64,000 nucleotides of DNA from Octopus vulgaris (GCA_951406725.2 OX597820.1:28830001-28894000), one strand, 5' to 3'. Positions 28,578 through 43,504 are shown, counted from the first letter of the stretch. Made by a program: numbers and translations. The notes: generated by a model not told the origin, from the letters alone.

Positions 28578-29002
28578 TTTTTTTCTTTTATATTTGTTTC
28601 AGTCATTTGACTGTGACCATGCTGGAGCACCGCCTCTAGTCGAGCAATCGACCCCAGGACTTACTCTTTGTATAAAATTTAGATAAAAACCTCTATTAAA
28701 CAATTCAATATTGAAAGATGTTATTCACACCATATAGAAAAAGTTAAATATTCTATAGAAAACATTATTCTAAAAATCAATAGAGTACATAAACAATAAA
28801 TAATAAATGGACTAGGTAGAGAGAGGAATCCTGACGATTGGGCTACCCAGGATTTTCTTACATCTAGCCCAGGCCTGCGCAAAACTGGGGAGGAAACTGG
28901 AAGGACATGAAATGTAAAGACCAGACTGGATTAGTTTATGCGCAACTCCATTGTCTCCCGAGACAAAAGGATACCAACAACAATTATATATATATATATA
29001 TA

Positions 29003-29019
29003 TGAGGATTTCCTCACAA

Positions 29020-29063
<44 letters not shown>

Positions 29064-29076
29064 GATTTCCTCACAA

Positions 29077-29122
<46 letters not shown>

Positions 29123-29135
29123 GGTTTCCTCACAA
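29003..29135 (+). repeat. Composite repeat: GAGGATTTCCTCACAATTAA separated by (TA)n, three times
   Basis: Unit at ~29003, ~29061 and a variant at ~29120. Confidence 0.85.
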
Positions 29136-29758
29136 ATTCCGTACACCAAATTTAATTTATTCACAAGGTATAGGCCGGCTCATGACTCTAGTTGAAGATA
29201 CACCCAGAAGGTGTCATGCTGTGTGATTGAACCTGAGACTACCTGGCTACAAAATGTGATTCTTATCCATGCAGTCAAGCCTGCACATCTATGTCATTGA
29301 TTTATTTACTGTCTTTTTCTCCTTTTCGAAAAATATTTCACAAAAACGATAGAATTATGCTTCCCGCTATTTCTGAATTTGTATTGCACTAGGGAGCAAA
29401 CGCTTAAAAGGTCCTTGGTGCATTTTGTAGTAGAAAATCTTTAAAAATACAGAGATAAAAACAATTTTAATAAGTAAATAAATCCTAATATTTGCTTTAT
29501 TTTATTGCTCGCACCTGTGTATAAGAAAATTATATTTAAAAATAACACATCTTACAAGGTGTTCAGCTATTAGAATAGAAATTTTAGAACCTCGAAATAA
29601 TTATATTTTTTAAATCTACGATTTGAAAACCACTCCGTTAGATCATTTTCACTTCAAAAGATCTGTTTTTAGTTGTTTACCTTCATAGTATCTGCAACAG
29701 AGGTGCAGGCATTGTTGCGTAAAAAAAGCTCGCGTAGCAACCTTGAGGGTTCAGTACC

Positions 29759-29833
<75 letters not shown>

Positions 29834-30599
29834 ATGTATATATGCATTCATTCATGCATGTATGTATGCATGTGTGTATGTAGGTATGTATGTATGCATG
29901 TATGCATGTACGTATGTATGCAAGCACGCATGTATATATATGTGTATATATGTATTATGTATGCATGTATGTATGTATGCATGTATGAATGTATGCATGC
30001 ATGTATGTATGTGTGTATGTATGTAGATGTCAGTGTTTATGTATGTATGTATGTATGTATGTATGTATGTATGTATGTATGTATGTATGTATGCGTGTAT
30101 ATATGTTGGTATGTATGTATGTTTATGCCTCTGTGTGTTTCTATTTGTCTCGCTGCACCGATTAACAACCACCGTTGCTTTGTTTACGTCCGAGTAACGT
30201 AGCGATTTCACAAAAGAACACTATAGAATAAGGGTTCCAGATTTTAAAATGTAAGCCACTGGTGCCGGTTATTGCGACTAAACCCTTCAAGGCAATTTGT
30301 ATCATCCTGGATGCAGTCCAAGGAGTGAAACAAGTAAAAGACAAACAAATGTTAATTTGGTTGGTGGAAACTGGTTCAAACCACGTACAGTCATGTAACG
30401 CCACAAATGTTTTTCTCAGACTATTTTTCCCCCCTTTCTCTCCAGACTTTCCTCTTTCCTCTTTCTGACGAAGACTCATGCTTGAGACATCACGCCCTCT
30501 CTTTTTTCCATCTTAAAATTTCTCTGAACGTCAATCTAATACATTCACCTGTTTTTGTTTTTGTTTGATTAGTGTGAATATGTGTTTACGTGTATATTT

Positions 30600-31300
30600 G
30601 TCATTATTCAGTTTTAACCAGCTTCTAGCCTAGACCCAAGGCTCTTTCATTGGAACTTCAACAACATGAAGAGGGTATTTTTGTATGTATGTATGTCTGT
30701 CTTTCTGTCTGTCTGTATGTATGTATGTATGTATGTATGTATGTATGTATGTATGTATGTATGTATGTATGTGCAGATTTGTATATATTTGTATATATAT
30801 TCTTATGCATGTAGTTGCATATCTATACATGCTCATATGTATTTAAACGATTGACTTCTAGAAAATTTTACAGATTTTACTGTTCAAGTGATTGACTAGT
30901 TCTGTAGATTTCGAATTGGCTTTCACCTTTCTGGTTTTGAGAAGCCTAATATCTCAAGATTCGTATTTAGACATTTTTTTACATATCCCAGGACCCCTAT
31001 AATTACAGGTATAAACCTGAACTTGTAATCTGGATAGAGTAACTGCATATTTCTCAATAGTTCAGCATAGGTATTCTCTTTTTCATTGATCTCCAGCTAT
31101 ACGTTAACATCTGCTGGGCAGCTAATTTCCGCAACCCTGCACATTTTCTCTTCTCTATCCCAAATCATTATATCAGGTCTCTTTTTATTGAAGTCTTCAC
31201 TGGAACATTCTACCAGTATTCCTTTTATATTCTGAGTAGCTATGGCTTCTACCATATTGCGTGTTCTTATTTCTTTGTCCTCGGGATTAGACTTTGATGA
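30600..31300 (-). mobile_element. 3' end of R4/Dong-like non-LTR retrotransposon (RLE domain plus 3' UTR containing (CATA)n)
   Basis: Minus strand RPDIMIWDREEKMCRVAEISCPAD...EKENTYAELLRNMQLLYPDYKFRFIPVIIGVLG is a PD-(D/E)xK restriction-like endonuclease. Confidence 0.8.
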
Positions 31301-31317
31301 TCGATGTAGTGTTGTAG

Positions 31318-31590
31318 TTTGGTCAGGATAAATGTTGTAGTGTGGTTGGAAAAAGGGGGAAAACTATAAACCAGACTAGTAACATCTCCATCAATGATTT
31401 GACTGTTTCCTCTGTAGCTGACGAGGAATGTTACAGGTATCTAGGATTGGATGAAAATATATATAGTACAAAACACGTGTCACTAAAGAATATTATAGCC
31501 GAATAAAGAAAATTTGGACCTCAAAACTCTCTGCATTCAATAAAACAGTGACCCTCAATGTGTTTGCAGTGCCAGTACTCATACCAACGC
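31318..31590 (+). mobile_element. R4/Dong-like RT C-terminal fragment, inverted relative to 30600-31300
   Basis: FGQDKCC...CYRYLGLDEN...KEYYSRIKKIWTSKLSAFNKTVTLNVFAVPVL. Confidence 0.8.
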
Positions 31591-32049
31591 AGAAATAGTA
31601 ACACATTAAATTGGAATCTTTACAACGTTTACATACAAGCTTAGAATATACACATACACTGATAGATATGCATTTATATCAATCTCTTGACCATACAACA
31701 CTGCACACAACAGAAGACGAATGTTATTTATTCTTAATAGGAAAAGAAATTAGCAGAGAAACTTTCTTATGGCCTGCGTAATGTCACAACTTCAAGTTGT
31801 AAGATGTGGGTATAATATAGAAATGTAAAGAATGCAATTTTTGACTCACTTTCGTATGTATACGTGTATAGATGATGATATACATACACACAAATGTTTA
31901 CGTATGTACGCATATGATTATGCATATAATTTAGTATGCATAGGTATTTTATATATATATGTGTGTGTGCGTATTTGTATATATATATATATATGCATGC
32001 ATATATGCATACATACACACACATATATATATATATATGGATGGATGGA

Positions 32050-32112
<63 letters not shown>

Positions 32113-32289
32113 GCATTATATGCATGTGCATGCATATAATGCATATATATATATATATAATATGAATATCTATCTATTTATTATATATATATATATATAT
32201 ATGCATGCACTTGTATATGTAAGCACTTGATTGTGTATGTATGCAAGTATTCGTCTGTGTATGTGTATATATGTGTGAGCATGCACATA

Positions 32290-32361
<72 letters not shown>

Positions 32362-33689
32362 CATGCATACAAACATACATACACACATACATGCACACAT
32401 ACATCATACATACATACATACATACATACATACATACATACATACATACATACATACATACATACATACATAGAACCTGGTCGTGCTTATGAAAGCAAAG
32501 CTTTGCGATCATGGCAGTGGAGCAAGCTGAAAAACATATTGACAAGCAATTACTGTAGAGGGCTTGAAATAAAACGTGTCCTTTAATTAACCAATTTTCA
32601 TTGTGGAAAATGCGTTGAATAGCATCAACGAAGAAAAAAAGAATTGGACAAAGAATATTCAGAAGAATTAGATTCGCAATTAAAGAATCATTTTAATTTG
32701 AAAATTACATAACTTGAAGAAAAATTAGAGGTTGGAATTTTTCTCTTCGACACAGTAGCAAGGTCACGTGAAGGTTTAGATCATAGAAGGCGTGTTTCAA
32801 CTATTTTCGGCACTGATGACGTAATTTTGAGAGTTTACTGTTTAACATATTTTATTATAGATGATAGTAACGATGATACAATGTGATCCTTCTTTCTAAG
32901 GTCAGTGCTATGTGCATGCTTATGTCAATCCTTAGTTAAATGCAAATATTTTCTGAACGAAATCAATATTTTCGTCAATAACGATAACGGAAGTTGAAGG
33001 CTAACTAGATATCAGCAGAGATTTAGACTAGAGCGCCAGAGAAAGTGAAATATAATGAGAGAGGAGGGAATAAATTTGAAGACAGTGAATAACATACAGG
33101 ATTTGTATGCAACAGTAAGATATCGTAATATTTATTTATAAAAACAAATAAGTTCAGATTTTCAAAATTTCTTTATGTAAATGACGTAACTGATGATATA
33201 TAATTCAAAATAGTCTTCGTCTTGTTGCTGTTGTATTAGTTGTTGTAATGTAGTAATTGTTGCTTTTGTTCCTACAACTGAATGACCATCGGTACTGCCC
33301 TCATTACGCCAATGATCGAAGACAGTCCAACCGGGAACATCCCATCTTTCCCGGAGGGTTTTTCATTCAAGGACGCATTCTTTCATGCAATATTATTTCC
33401 ATAGAAAGTGTATAGATGATGATAAGGATGATGATGATGATGGTTGTGCACTCGTGGCTAACCATTGCCTATGCAAAATACCGACAATGCCTGTGCATGA
33501 AGTTATTACACCCGCGGTCGGCTTCACCCAGGTTTATGCTCCAGGCTTCCATGCTCGGCGCGATACCCTTCTACTTGACTGCTCCTCAGAAACTCGCCTC
33601 ACCTACGATTGCACAACTTGACATTTTGGGTCCAGTAAGGCTCTCCTCCTTCCTGACATGATCCAGAGATAAGCGAGGTCAAGATACCC

Positions 33690-33900
33690 AGTGCCAACAT
33701 GGGTCTCAGGCTCAGAAATGTGAGAACGGTATGATCCTAAGCGCAAGCAAAAGATCCCCAAATTATTCAATGCCATTCTCGGCATACCCGGTTTTATATC
33801 AGAGTGAACCCGAGACATGTTCAAACAAAAGGTGAGGGATGCCTCACTCCGAGGGGGCTTCCAGCACGAAGACAGCACCAAACCTGAATTGCTGAGTGCC
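33690..33900 (+). mobile_element. Highly decayed CR1-like LINE 3' end
   Basis: PKLFNAI...RVNPET..KQK resembles the CR1 ORF2 C-terminal GPxLFNxLP...FKxxLD motif. Confidence 0.35.
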
Positions 33901-33908
33901 CGTGCTAT

Positions 33909-33996
<88 letters not shown>

Positions 33997-34624
33997 CATA
34001 TAAACATATATGTGTATAAGCCTTTCACATAAGGTACTAAAACATCACAAACGGGTGAACACAATACCAAAACGGAGTTTTAAAGATATTTTCCCCAATC
34101 GCTTTTTTATCTCTGTGGGGGGAGGTGTCATTCTGTTTGTTTGCATGTCTCTCTGTATGTCTGTCTGTTCGTGTGTGTGTGTGTGTCGCATATTGTACAT
34201 ATATATTTTTTAGACAGTATTCTTATGAACCAACACGTAATATAAATCGTTCCTGTAAATTTAAATTACCATTTTTCTAGACAACCAAAATGTTAAGGGT
34301 GCCATTTCTATGGAAAAGAGAAATTTATCTTCGAAACTGTTCTGCGGGAAGATTTTCTTTCCTCTTTAGAGAAGATTACGATAATTTCACAGCTCAAAAC
34401 CTTTTAAATAAAAAACTATTTTTTTATTCTTTTATTTGTTTCAGTCATTTGGCTACGGCTATGCTGGAGCAATGCCTTGAAGTGTTTTATGTCTAGTACT
34501 TATTCTGTTGGTCTCTTTGTCGAACTGCTTGGTTACGGAAACGTAAACACACCAACTACAGTTGTCGAGTTATGATGGGAGAATAAACACAGACACAAAG
34601 AGGTACACTCATCGATATACACAT

Positions 34625-34930
34625 GAAGGCACCTGGCTTAGTGTTTAGGGTGTTGCACTCACGATTGCGAGATCGTGGGTTCGATTCCCAGACCGGGGGC
34701 GTTGCGTTGTATTCTTGAGCAAAGCACTTCATTTCACGTTGCTCTGTGATCATTTCGACATCTGACATATGGCACCCAGTTGCACCTGTACAGGTAATAT
34801 CGATTTGATGGAGGGAGTGAGCTTATGTCTACACAAACATTTGACCACTACAAATAAATCATCTGTGTAGTTGTTAGGTAAGAAATTGTCGAACCCCCTC
34901 ATACGTCGTCTAACAACGGGAGGGTCCAAT
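34625..34930 (+). mobile_element. tRNA-derived SINE (family B head, different tail)
   Basis: GAAGGCACCTGGCTTAGTG...GGTTCGATTCCCAGACCGGG...CTTGAGCAAAGCACTTCATTTCACGTTGCTC. Confidence 0.75.
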
Positions 34931-34952
34931 ATTCATATATATATATATATAT

Positions 34953-35969
34953 ATTGTTATATTTCGGAATGGTCATATTGCCAGTTTAGCCAATAAAAAC
35001 ACACGCACTATATATTTGGTGTTATTTTGCTTCAGTGATATTTATTTTTTACATTAATCTTAATCTTATTTCGGCCAAAGTTCTTTCGTCACACTCCTGT
35101 GACCGCATCAGTGGTCCTTTGTTTTCTTCTCACTTACTTGTGTCTCTCCTTACTAACCGTCAGCCATTTTGTATTTCTATTGTATGTCTTCATTTGCGCA
35201 TGCTTATATCTCTATGTGCGTCTATGTTTATTTAGTGTGTGGGGGGGATGCCTGTAATATTTGTATCTTCTGGTTATATACATTCTTGTAATTTGTATTT
35301 TGTTTTTGTTGTTGTTGCTTTTGTTCTAATTTTATTCATGTGTTTACATCCACCCATTATTATCATTACATATGCTTGTATGTATGTATAACAACAATAT
35401 TAGTAATAATAATAATAAATCTAATCGAGAAAAAAAAAAAAAAAAAAAAAAGAATATACATATACATATATATATATATACATACATATACATATACATA
35501 TATATATATATATATATACATATATACACACATATATACACATATACATATACATATATATACACATATACATATATATAGATATTCATTTCTATTTCTT
35601 TAATTACCTGTGTATTTATTATGTTTGCAGGATCCACTATTGTCATATGTTGTGGTGTGCGCTATTGTTCCATTCTAGTTTTCTATTCAGGCTAGGTTTA
35701 TTTTCTATTATATGTGTAGCTTCTGTAATTTGTCTAATTGTTGCATCTGTTCTATGTGTGGACAATATCTTAATCTCTATGTTATTGATTGATCCCCCGT
35801 GTTCTTGTTCGGCGTGTTGGTACAGAATCGATGAGCTTTTACCTTCCTTGAGTTGTCTCCAATGTTCATTCACCCGCTCACCAATGCTTCTTGCAGTAAA
35901 CACATGAATAAAATTAGAACAAAAGCAACAACAACAAAAACAAAATACAAATTACAAGAATGTATATAA
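34953..35969 (-). mobile_element. 5'-truncated Penelope-like element: GIY-YIG C-terminus, 3' terminal repeat with HHR and inverted partial pLTR
   Basis: ORF 35643-35903 [13 protein letters not shown]...SILYQHA...IEIKIL...[17 protein letters not shown]; 74-bp inverted repeat 35274-35347 / 35896-35969; both ends in (TA)n. Confidence 0.85.
35073..35117 (-). ncRNA. Minimal type I hammerhead-ribozyme-like motif
   Basis: Minus strand GGACCA-CTGATGC-G-GTCAC-AGGAGT-GTGAC-GAA-AGAACT-T-TGGCC; perfect 5-bp stem II, stem I CCA/TGG; downstream of and co-oriented with the GIY-YIG remnant. Confidence 0.65.
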
Positions 35970-36956
35970 ATTACAAGAATGTATATATATATATACGATG
36001 GGTTCCTTTCTGTTTCGGTTTAATAAATCTACGCACAAAGTTTGGTCAGCCCGAAGCTATAGTAGAAGACACATACCGAAGGTGTCACTCAGTGGGACTG
36101 AACCCGGAAACATGTGGTTGGGAAGCAAGCTTCTTACTACACAACCACGACTGCAACTATAGGTATTTTCTTCATTATACATGTGCCATATATATATACA
36201 TATATGTACGTATATAGGTATGTATGTGTGTACGCATGTATGCATATGTGTGTGTGTGTATACATGTGTCTATGCATATGTGTACATGTATGTATGTACA
36301 TATGTATAAATGTATGTATGAATGTATGCATGCATGCGTGTAGGTATACATTTAGAGCAAGTAGGTACTAACAGAAAATTTTCCAGAATACAGTTACCGT
36401 TTGTTTCCTACTCCAACAAACTAGAGTTAATACAATAGTAAAATACATTTAAAACATGTTACCATGGAGTTTCATGAGTCATATTATGTAATATCATATT
36501 ATTTTGTGCGTTCCGGTGTGAGTCAGCAATCGGTTTAGAGATCTCTATGGCATTATTTGATCATTTTTGTCTAAGAAATGGTGCACACATGATTCTAGAC
36601 TAAAAGGAGTAAAAGGGACAAGCTTGGATTTGTTTCAGTTTTGCATGCCTGTCTTAGTTAGCGTGCGTCATTTTGTGTGTGTATGTATGATTGTTTGTTT
36701 GTTTGTTTGCGTGTGTGTGTTTTTGTGTGGGTGCGTCTGTATGTGTGTGTGCTTCTGTGTGTGTGTGTCTGTGTCTGTGTATGTCTGTGTGTGTCCATAT
36801 GTCTGCGTGTAGAGAGTGTTCTCATCCAAGTTATGAAAGAATACTTAATGAATGCGCGTGAGTGTGTGCTGGTATGTACACAGATGGATAGATAGACAGA
36901 CCGGCGGACAGACAGACAGTCCGACAGACAGTCCGACAGACAGACATAGATAGATG

Positions 36957-37040
<84 letters not shown>

Positions 37041-37043
37041 GGC

Positions 37044-37101
<58 letters not shown>

Positions 37102-37289
37102 GTACACAGATCTACATGGATACATATACAAAGATGTGTTCTCACACACACACACACACACAGATATGCACACACATACACGACGGGCTTCTTTCAAGAT
37201 CATCTCACAAGGTTTTGCTCCGAACCGGAAACCAAGCAGTTTGGAAGCATGCTCCATACCCCACAGCTACACCTACATCCCTCCCTCCC

Positions 37290-37602
37290 TCCATCCATCC
37301 ATCCATCCATACATACATACATACGTACATACATACATACATACATACATACATACATACGTACGTACGTACGTACGTACGTACGTACATACATACGTAC
37401 GTACATACATACATACATACGTACATACATACATACATACATACGTACGTACGTACGTACGTACATACATACATACATACATACATACATACATACATAC
37501 ATACATACATACATACATACATACATACGTACATACGTACATACATACATACATACATACATACATACATACATACATACATACATACATACATACATAC
37601 AT
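37290..37602. repeat. (CATA)n/(CGTA)n compound microsatellite
   Basis: Read directly from sequence. Confidence 0.95.
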
Positions 37603-38301
37603 GTCCAAAATATTGTACTATAAAACTGCAGATTTAGCATGTCAGGCGTAATGACCTTACACAGTGAAAATAAACTGAACATTAGGAACTTGTGATCCAA
37701 CGGAAAGTATACAATATTAGCTACTATTATCCACCAGACATTAACATAATGTTTAAGATACACTGTATTAACAATTTACGAATGCTTGTTATCCAACTGG
37801 CTTTTAATGTCTGTTGTGTAACAGCCGTTAGTATAATGTTAAAGATGAAAGAAAAAGGTATGTTTTATGGTGGAGTAATGAAAAATATGCTGATGCCAAA
37901 ATTGATCGATATGTTCAGGTTTTTGTTTATAACAGTAATTATTACGGCAGATAGTTATATATCAGACAGTCTTAATACAAACCCAGAAATGGCAAATTAA
38001 GAAATAAGCAATTAAAAGCCATTAATGGAATTGAATGTTTCGGAAGCATTAGAGAAATTTGGCGTTGTTTTAGGTACATGTGTGTGTGTATGTGTGTACG
38101 TGCGTGTGTGTCTCTGTGTGTTTTTTGTGTGTGTGTGTGTGTGTGTGTGCGAGCGTGAGTGTGTGTATATGTAGGTATAGATGTATAAGAGCTATGTATG
38201 TGTGTATATATGTAAAGTTAAGTATAGTGCTCTTACTTATTTTGTTCTTTGCAATACACATTCGCAATTATAAACATACAAATACAGTATCTACATACAC
38301 A

Positions 38302-38466
38302 CAGGCGCAGGCGTGGCTGTGTGATACGAAGCTTGCTTCCCAACCACAAAGGTCCGGGTTCAGTCCCACTGCCTGGCACCTTCAGGAAGTGTCTTCTACT
38401 ATAGTCACGGACCGACCAAAGCCTTGTGAGTGGATTTAGCAGACGAACACTGATAGAAGCTCGTCG

Positions 38467-38499
<33 letters not shown>

Positions 38500-38622
38500 A
38501 GGTTTGGAGATGATGTACAGGTATTATATATTAGAAGAAATGGGGTAATCAGAAGATCGGATGGTTCATATTTACAGATATTTATTTATATATTACATTT
38601 TTTACATATATATATCATATCA

Positions 38623-38660
<38 letters not shown>

Positions 38661-38676
38661 CATACATACACACGTA

Positions 38677-38712
<36 letters not shown>

Positions 38713-38924
38713 TGTATGTATGTATGTATTTGTGTGTCTGTTGTCGCACCATTGCTTGACCACCGATATTGGTGTGTTTGCGTCCCCGTAATTGAGCGGT
38801 TCAGTAAAAAAAAAACGATAGAATAAGTACTAGGTTTACAAAGGCTAAGTCTTCGGGTCGATTTGTTCGACTAAATGCGGTGCTCCAGTATGGCCGCAGT
38901 CAAATGAGTGAAACAAGTAAAAGA
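38302..38924 (+). mobile_element. Full-length bipartite SINE family A (tRNA head, core, internal microsatellite, 3' tail)
   Basis: GGCGCAGGCGTGGCTGTGTG...GGTTCAGTCCC; core CCGACCAAAGCCTTGTGAGTGGATTT; tail GCGGTGCTCCAG.ATGGCCGCAGTCAAATGA.TGAAACAAGTAAAAGAG. Confidence 0.85.
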
Positions 38925-40072
38925 GCATATGTACATACATACATGCATATATACAAGCATAACTGTATACATATATGTACGCACACATATAAATATACAC
39001 AGATACAAACACACATACATATGTGCATACGTCCCTCCTCGCACACGTGCAAATACAGACATACATGTGCGTATATACATCTATACATAACAACGTAGTC
39101 GCATTCACAGAGACATACATACACACAACCAAACATTCATACATTCATGGATGCCTATTTGCAGGTGTATATTTACATAAACGTATACATGTACGCATAG
39201 ATACATACATAAATACATACATACATACATACATACATACATACATAATACATACATACATTCATACATACATACATACATACATACATACATACATACA
39301 TACATACATACATGCATACATACATTCATACATAAATACATACATAATACATACATACATAATACATACATACATTCATGCATACATACGTATATACATA
39401 CATGATCATAGACATTCATGCATACATATGCGTATATACATCTATACATAACTACGTATATGCATTCATAGAGACATACATACATGCATACATTCATAGA
39501 TGCCTATTTGCAGGCGTATATTTATATTAATGTATACATGTACGCATACATATATACATAAGTATACATACACACATACATACATACACACATACATACA
39601 TGCATGCATACATACATACATACATACATACATACATACATACATACATACATACATACATACATACATACATACATACAAACATACATACATACATACA
39701 TACATAAACATAGACCTGCAAGCATACATACATTCCTACTTACGAGCATATGCTCATATTGCAAAAATATAAACATACAGAAATATAAACATGCTGTAAT
39801 ATACAAAGAAATCAATAAATATGACAGAAATTAGCAAATTTATATAAATTGGTGATAATGAGGTCAAATGACCTCCGGTTTCTCCATTTCTTTCCAACTG
39901 GGATTGCTTATGTTGCGAAATAAAGAAAGACTAACCAACAGCGACAGCAAACAAATATAAATAAAGAATGTTGTCGACAGTCACTTTAAAGTTTCGACCA
40001 GCTAAGTCATCTAAGTACATGTTATCATGTACATGTTTTATCTTGGTATAAAAGATTTATCATTTTTATATT

Positions 40073-40371
40073 ATGCGCCCTTTTCAAGCCTAGCCAGGCT
40101 CATGGGCCCGGTTTCCCGGTTTCTGTGGCGTATGTGTTCCCCCCAGCTGGACGGCACGCCAATCCATCGCAGTGTTACTCAAGAAACAGGAAGAAAGAAT
40201 GAAAGAAATTTGGGGCGAAAGAATACAAGGGTCGCCACCACCCCTTACCGGAGCCTCGTAGAGTTTCAGGTGTTTTCGTTCAATAAACACACAAAACGCT
40301 CGGCTGGGAATCGAAACCGCGATCCTCCGACCGCGAATCCACTGCTCTAACCACTGGGCCACTGCACCTCC
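40073..40371 (-). mobile_element. tRNA-derived SINE, family C
   Basis: Minus-strand head GGAGGTGCAGTGGCCCAGTGGTTAGAGCAG...GGTTTCGATTCC. Confidence 0.8.
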
Positions 40372-41004
40372 ACGGTATAAAAGATAGGCTACAACAAATA
40401 TTCTGATCAATACCACAGATTTGCTTGTCTGATCACGAGCAAAAGTAGCAGGTAAGCATCATAGTCATGTGTTGAGAGGAATATTTTGGGGTTTCAATAA
40501 TTCACACCCCGAAAATATGGGGGTTTTATTTATCATCTTTAAACAAACCTTTTTCAGGTGACCTTTAAGTGGGACGGAAAACTCGACTTGAAGAGATTTC
40601 TAACTGTTGAGCATGCTCCTTAGTGGCTGAGGAGCAAAAGTAATGCGGGAGCATCATAGCTATGTATGAAAGGAATTCTTTAGCATTTAAATAAGACACT
40701 ACTGTAAGCATGGATATTTTGTTCAACATCCTTAAACAAGCCTTTTGAGCGGGATGGGCTACACGACCTTCATTTGCCCGCTTTCACCGTTGTGTTTAAG
40801 TGAAAACTTAAGATTTGGTCATTTTGACTGCCATATTTAGCGTGCCGATATAGCCTGTTACTACCCTTAATTACTAATTGATAATTTGTTACCGTTATGG
40901 GAATTTTACGCACGCTGAGCCACTGATATTATTAGAAACAGTAATATCTTCATACATATATGCATATATATATATATATATATATGCATACATACATACA
41001 TACA

Positions 41005-41842
<838 letters not shown>

Positions 41843-41843
41843 T

Positions 41844-42181
41844 GAAGGCGCATGGCTCAGTGGTTAGAGCGTCGAGCTTACGATCGTGAGGTTGTGAGCT
41901 CGAATCCCGGACCGGGCTGCGTGTTGTGTTCTTGAGCAAGGCACTTTATTTCACGTTGCTCCAGTTCACTCAGCTGTAGAAATGAGTTGCGACGTCACTG
42001 GTGCCAAGCTGTATCGACCTTTGTCTTTCCCTTGGATAACACTGGTGGCGTGGAGAGGGGGGGCTGGTATGCATGGGCGACTGCTGGCCTTCCATAAAAC
42101 AACCTTGCCCGGACTTGTGTCTAGGAGGGTAACTTTCTAGGTGCAATCCCATGGTCATTCCTGACCGAAGGGGGTCTTTAC

Positions 42182-42185
<4 letters not shown>
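41844..42185 (+). mobile_element. Full-length SINE, family B
   Basis: Close copy of 13263-13594. Confidence 0.85.
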
Positions 42186-42216
<31 letters not shown>

Positions 42217-42217
<1 letters not shown>

Positions 42218-43504
42218 GAGGGGCGTTCAATAAGTAATGCCTCTGACCCACTTGCAGTTGTTTGATCTAGCTGAAATTTTGCATGTACAATTATTTATAT
42301 TCTATAGATTACGTGGCAAATTTCAGCTCCGAACTAATTGTGGTTTCTGATTTACAGGTGTTTGAAATGAGTCAAGTGGGAAATGGAGCCTGTTGAGTGT
42401 CGAGCAGTGATCCGGTTTTTGTATTTGAAATGACGCACACCACAGGAGACTTTTGATGAAATGAAAGTAACTTATGTTGATGATGCCCCATCATATGACC
42501 TTGTAAAACGCTGGCATCGTGAATTCAAACATGGTCGGAACTCTGTGGAAACAGCTCCCAGATCTGGTCGCACCCCTTCTGCCATTGATGAGGCATCTGT
42601 CCGTCAAGTTGAGGCTGCCATTTTGAAAGATCAACGCATAACTATTCGCCAAATAGCCCATGAGGTCAAGATTAGTACCGGGTCTGTGGAAACTATCATT
42701 CATGACCATTTGCATATGCAAAAGGTGTCTGCCAGATGGATTCCCAGGTTGCTCACACCTTTCCAGAAGCAAGAACGCGTCGAGTGCTCGAGGATGAATT
42801 TAGGGATATGCCAAGAAGATGAGTCAAAATTTTTCCAAAGACTGATTACACAGGATGAGCCCTGGGTCCATCACTATGATCAGAGACCAAAGCCCAGTCA
42901 ATGCAGTGGAAGCACCATGACTCACCTCCTCCAAAGAAGGCAAGGGTGCAGCCCTCCGCTGGCAAGGTCATGCTCACAGTCTTCTGGGACCAGGACGGAG
43001 TAGGGATGACAGATTTCCTGGCAAAGGGTACCACAATTACAGGAGCCTATCATGCTTCACTTTTGAGGAAATTAAGAGAAGCTATCAAAACCAAGAGGCG
43101 GCGCAAGATCAGCAAAGGCATCCTCCTCTTGCAGGACAACGCTCCGGTCCACAACTCGCGTGTCGCCAGATCAGAAGCACAGGCGTGCGGCTATGAACTC
43201 TTCCCCCATCCCCCTACCCTCCAGACCTTGCACCCTCTGATTTTCACCTCTTCCCAGCCATGAAGTTGTTTTTGAAAGGAAAGCGTTTCCCAGATGATGC
43301 AGCCTTGATTTCTGAAGTCACGTCGTGGTTGGAGGACCAAGCTGGGGTCTTCTACGAAAACGGTCTCCAGAGCTGCATCAAACGATGGGAGAAATGCGTA
43401 ACTCTGGGTTCTTCCTATGTAGAAAAAGACTAATAACTGTGCCAAGTTTCGTTGCTCTACTGCTATGGGAAGTGGATCAGGGGCATTACTTATTGAACGC
43501 CCTC

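Noticed and set aside
27094-29135. Repeat-spacer-like patterns resembling CRISPR arrays
   Set aside because: Spacers are homologous to each other or are (TA)n; no cas genes; eukaryotic context
30465-30495. CTGACGA-AGACTCATGCTT-GAGAC, an HHR-like remnant
   Set aside because: Stem II and GAAA are both disrupted; probably a decayed PLE terminal repeat, too degenerate to call
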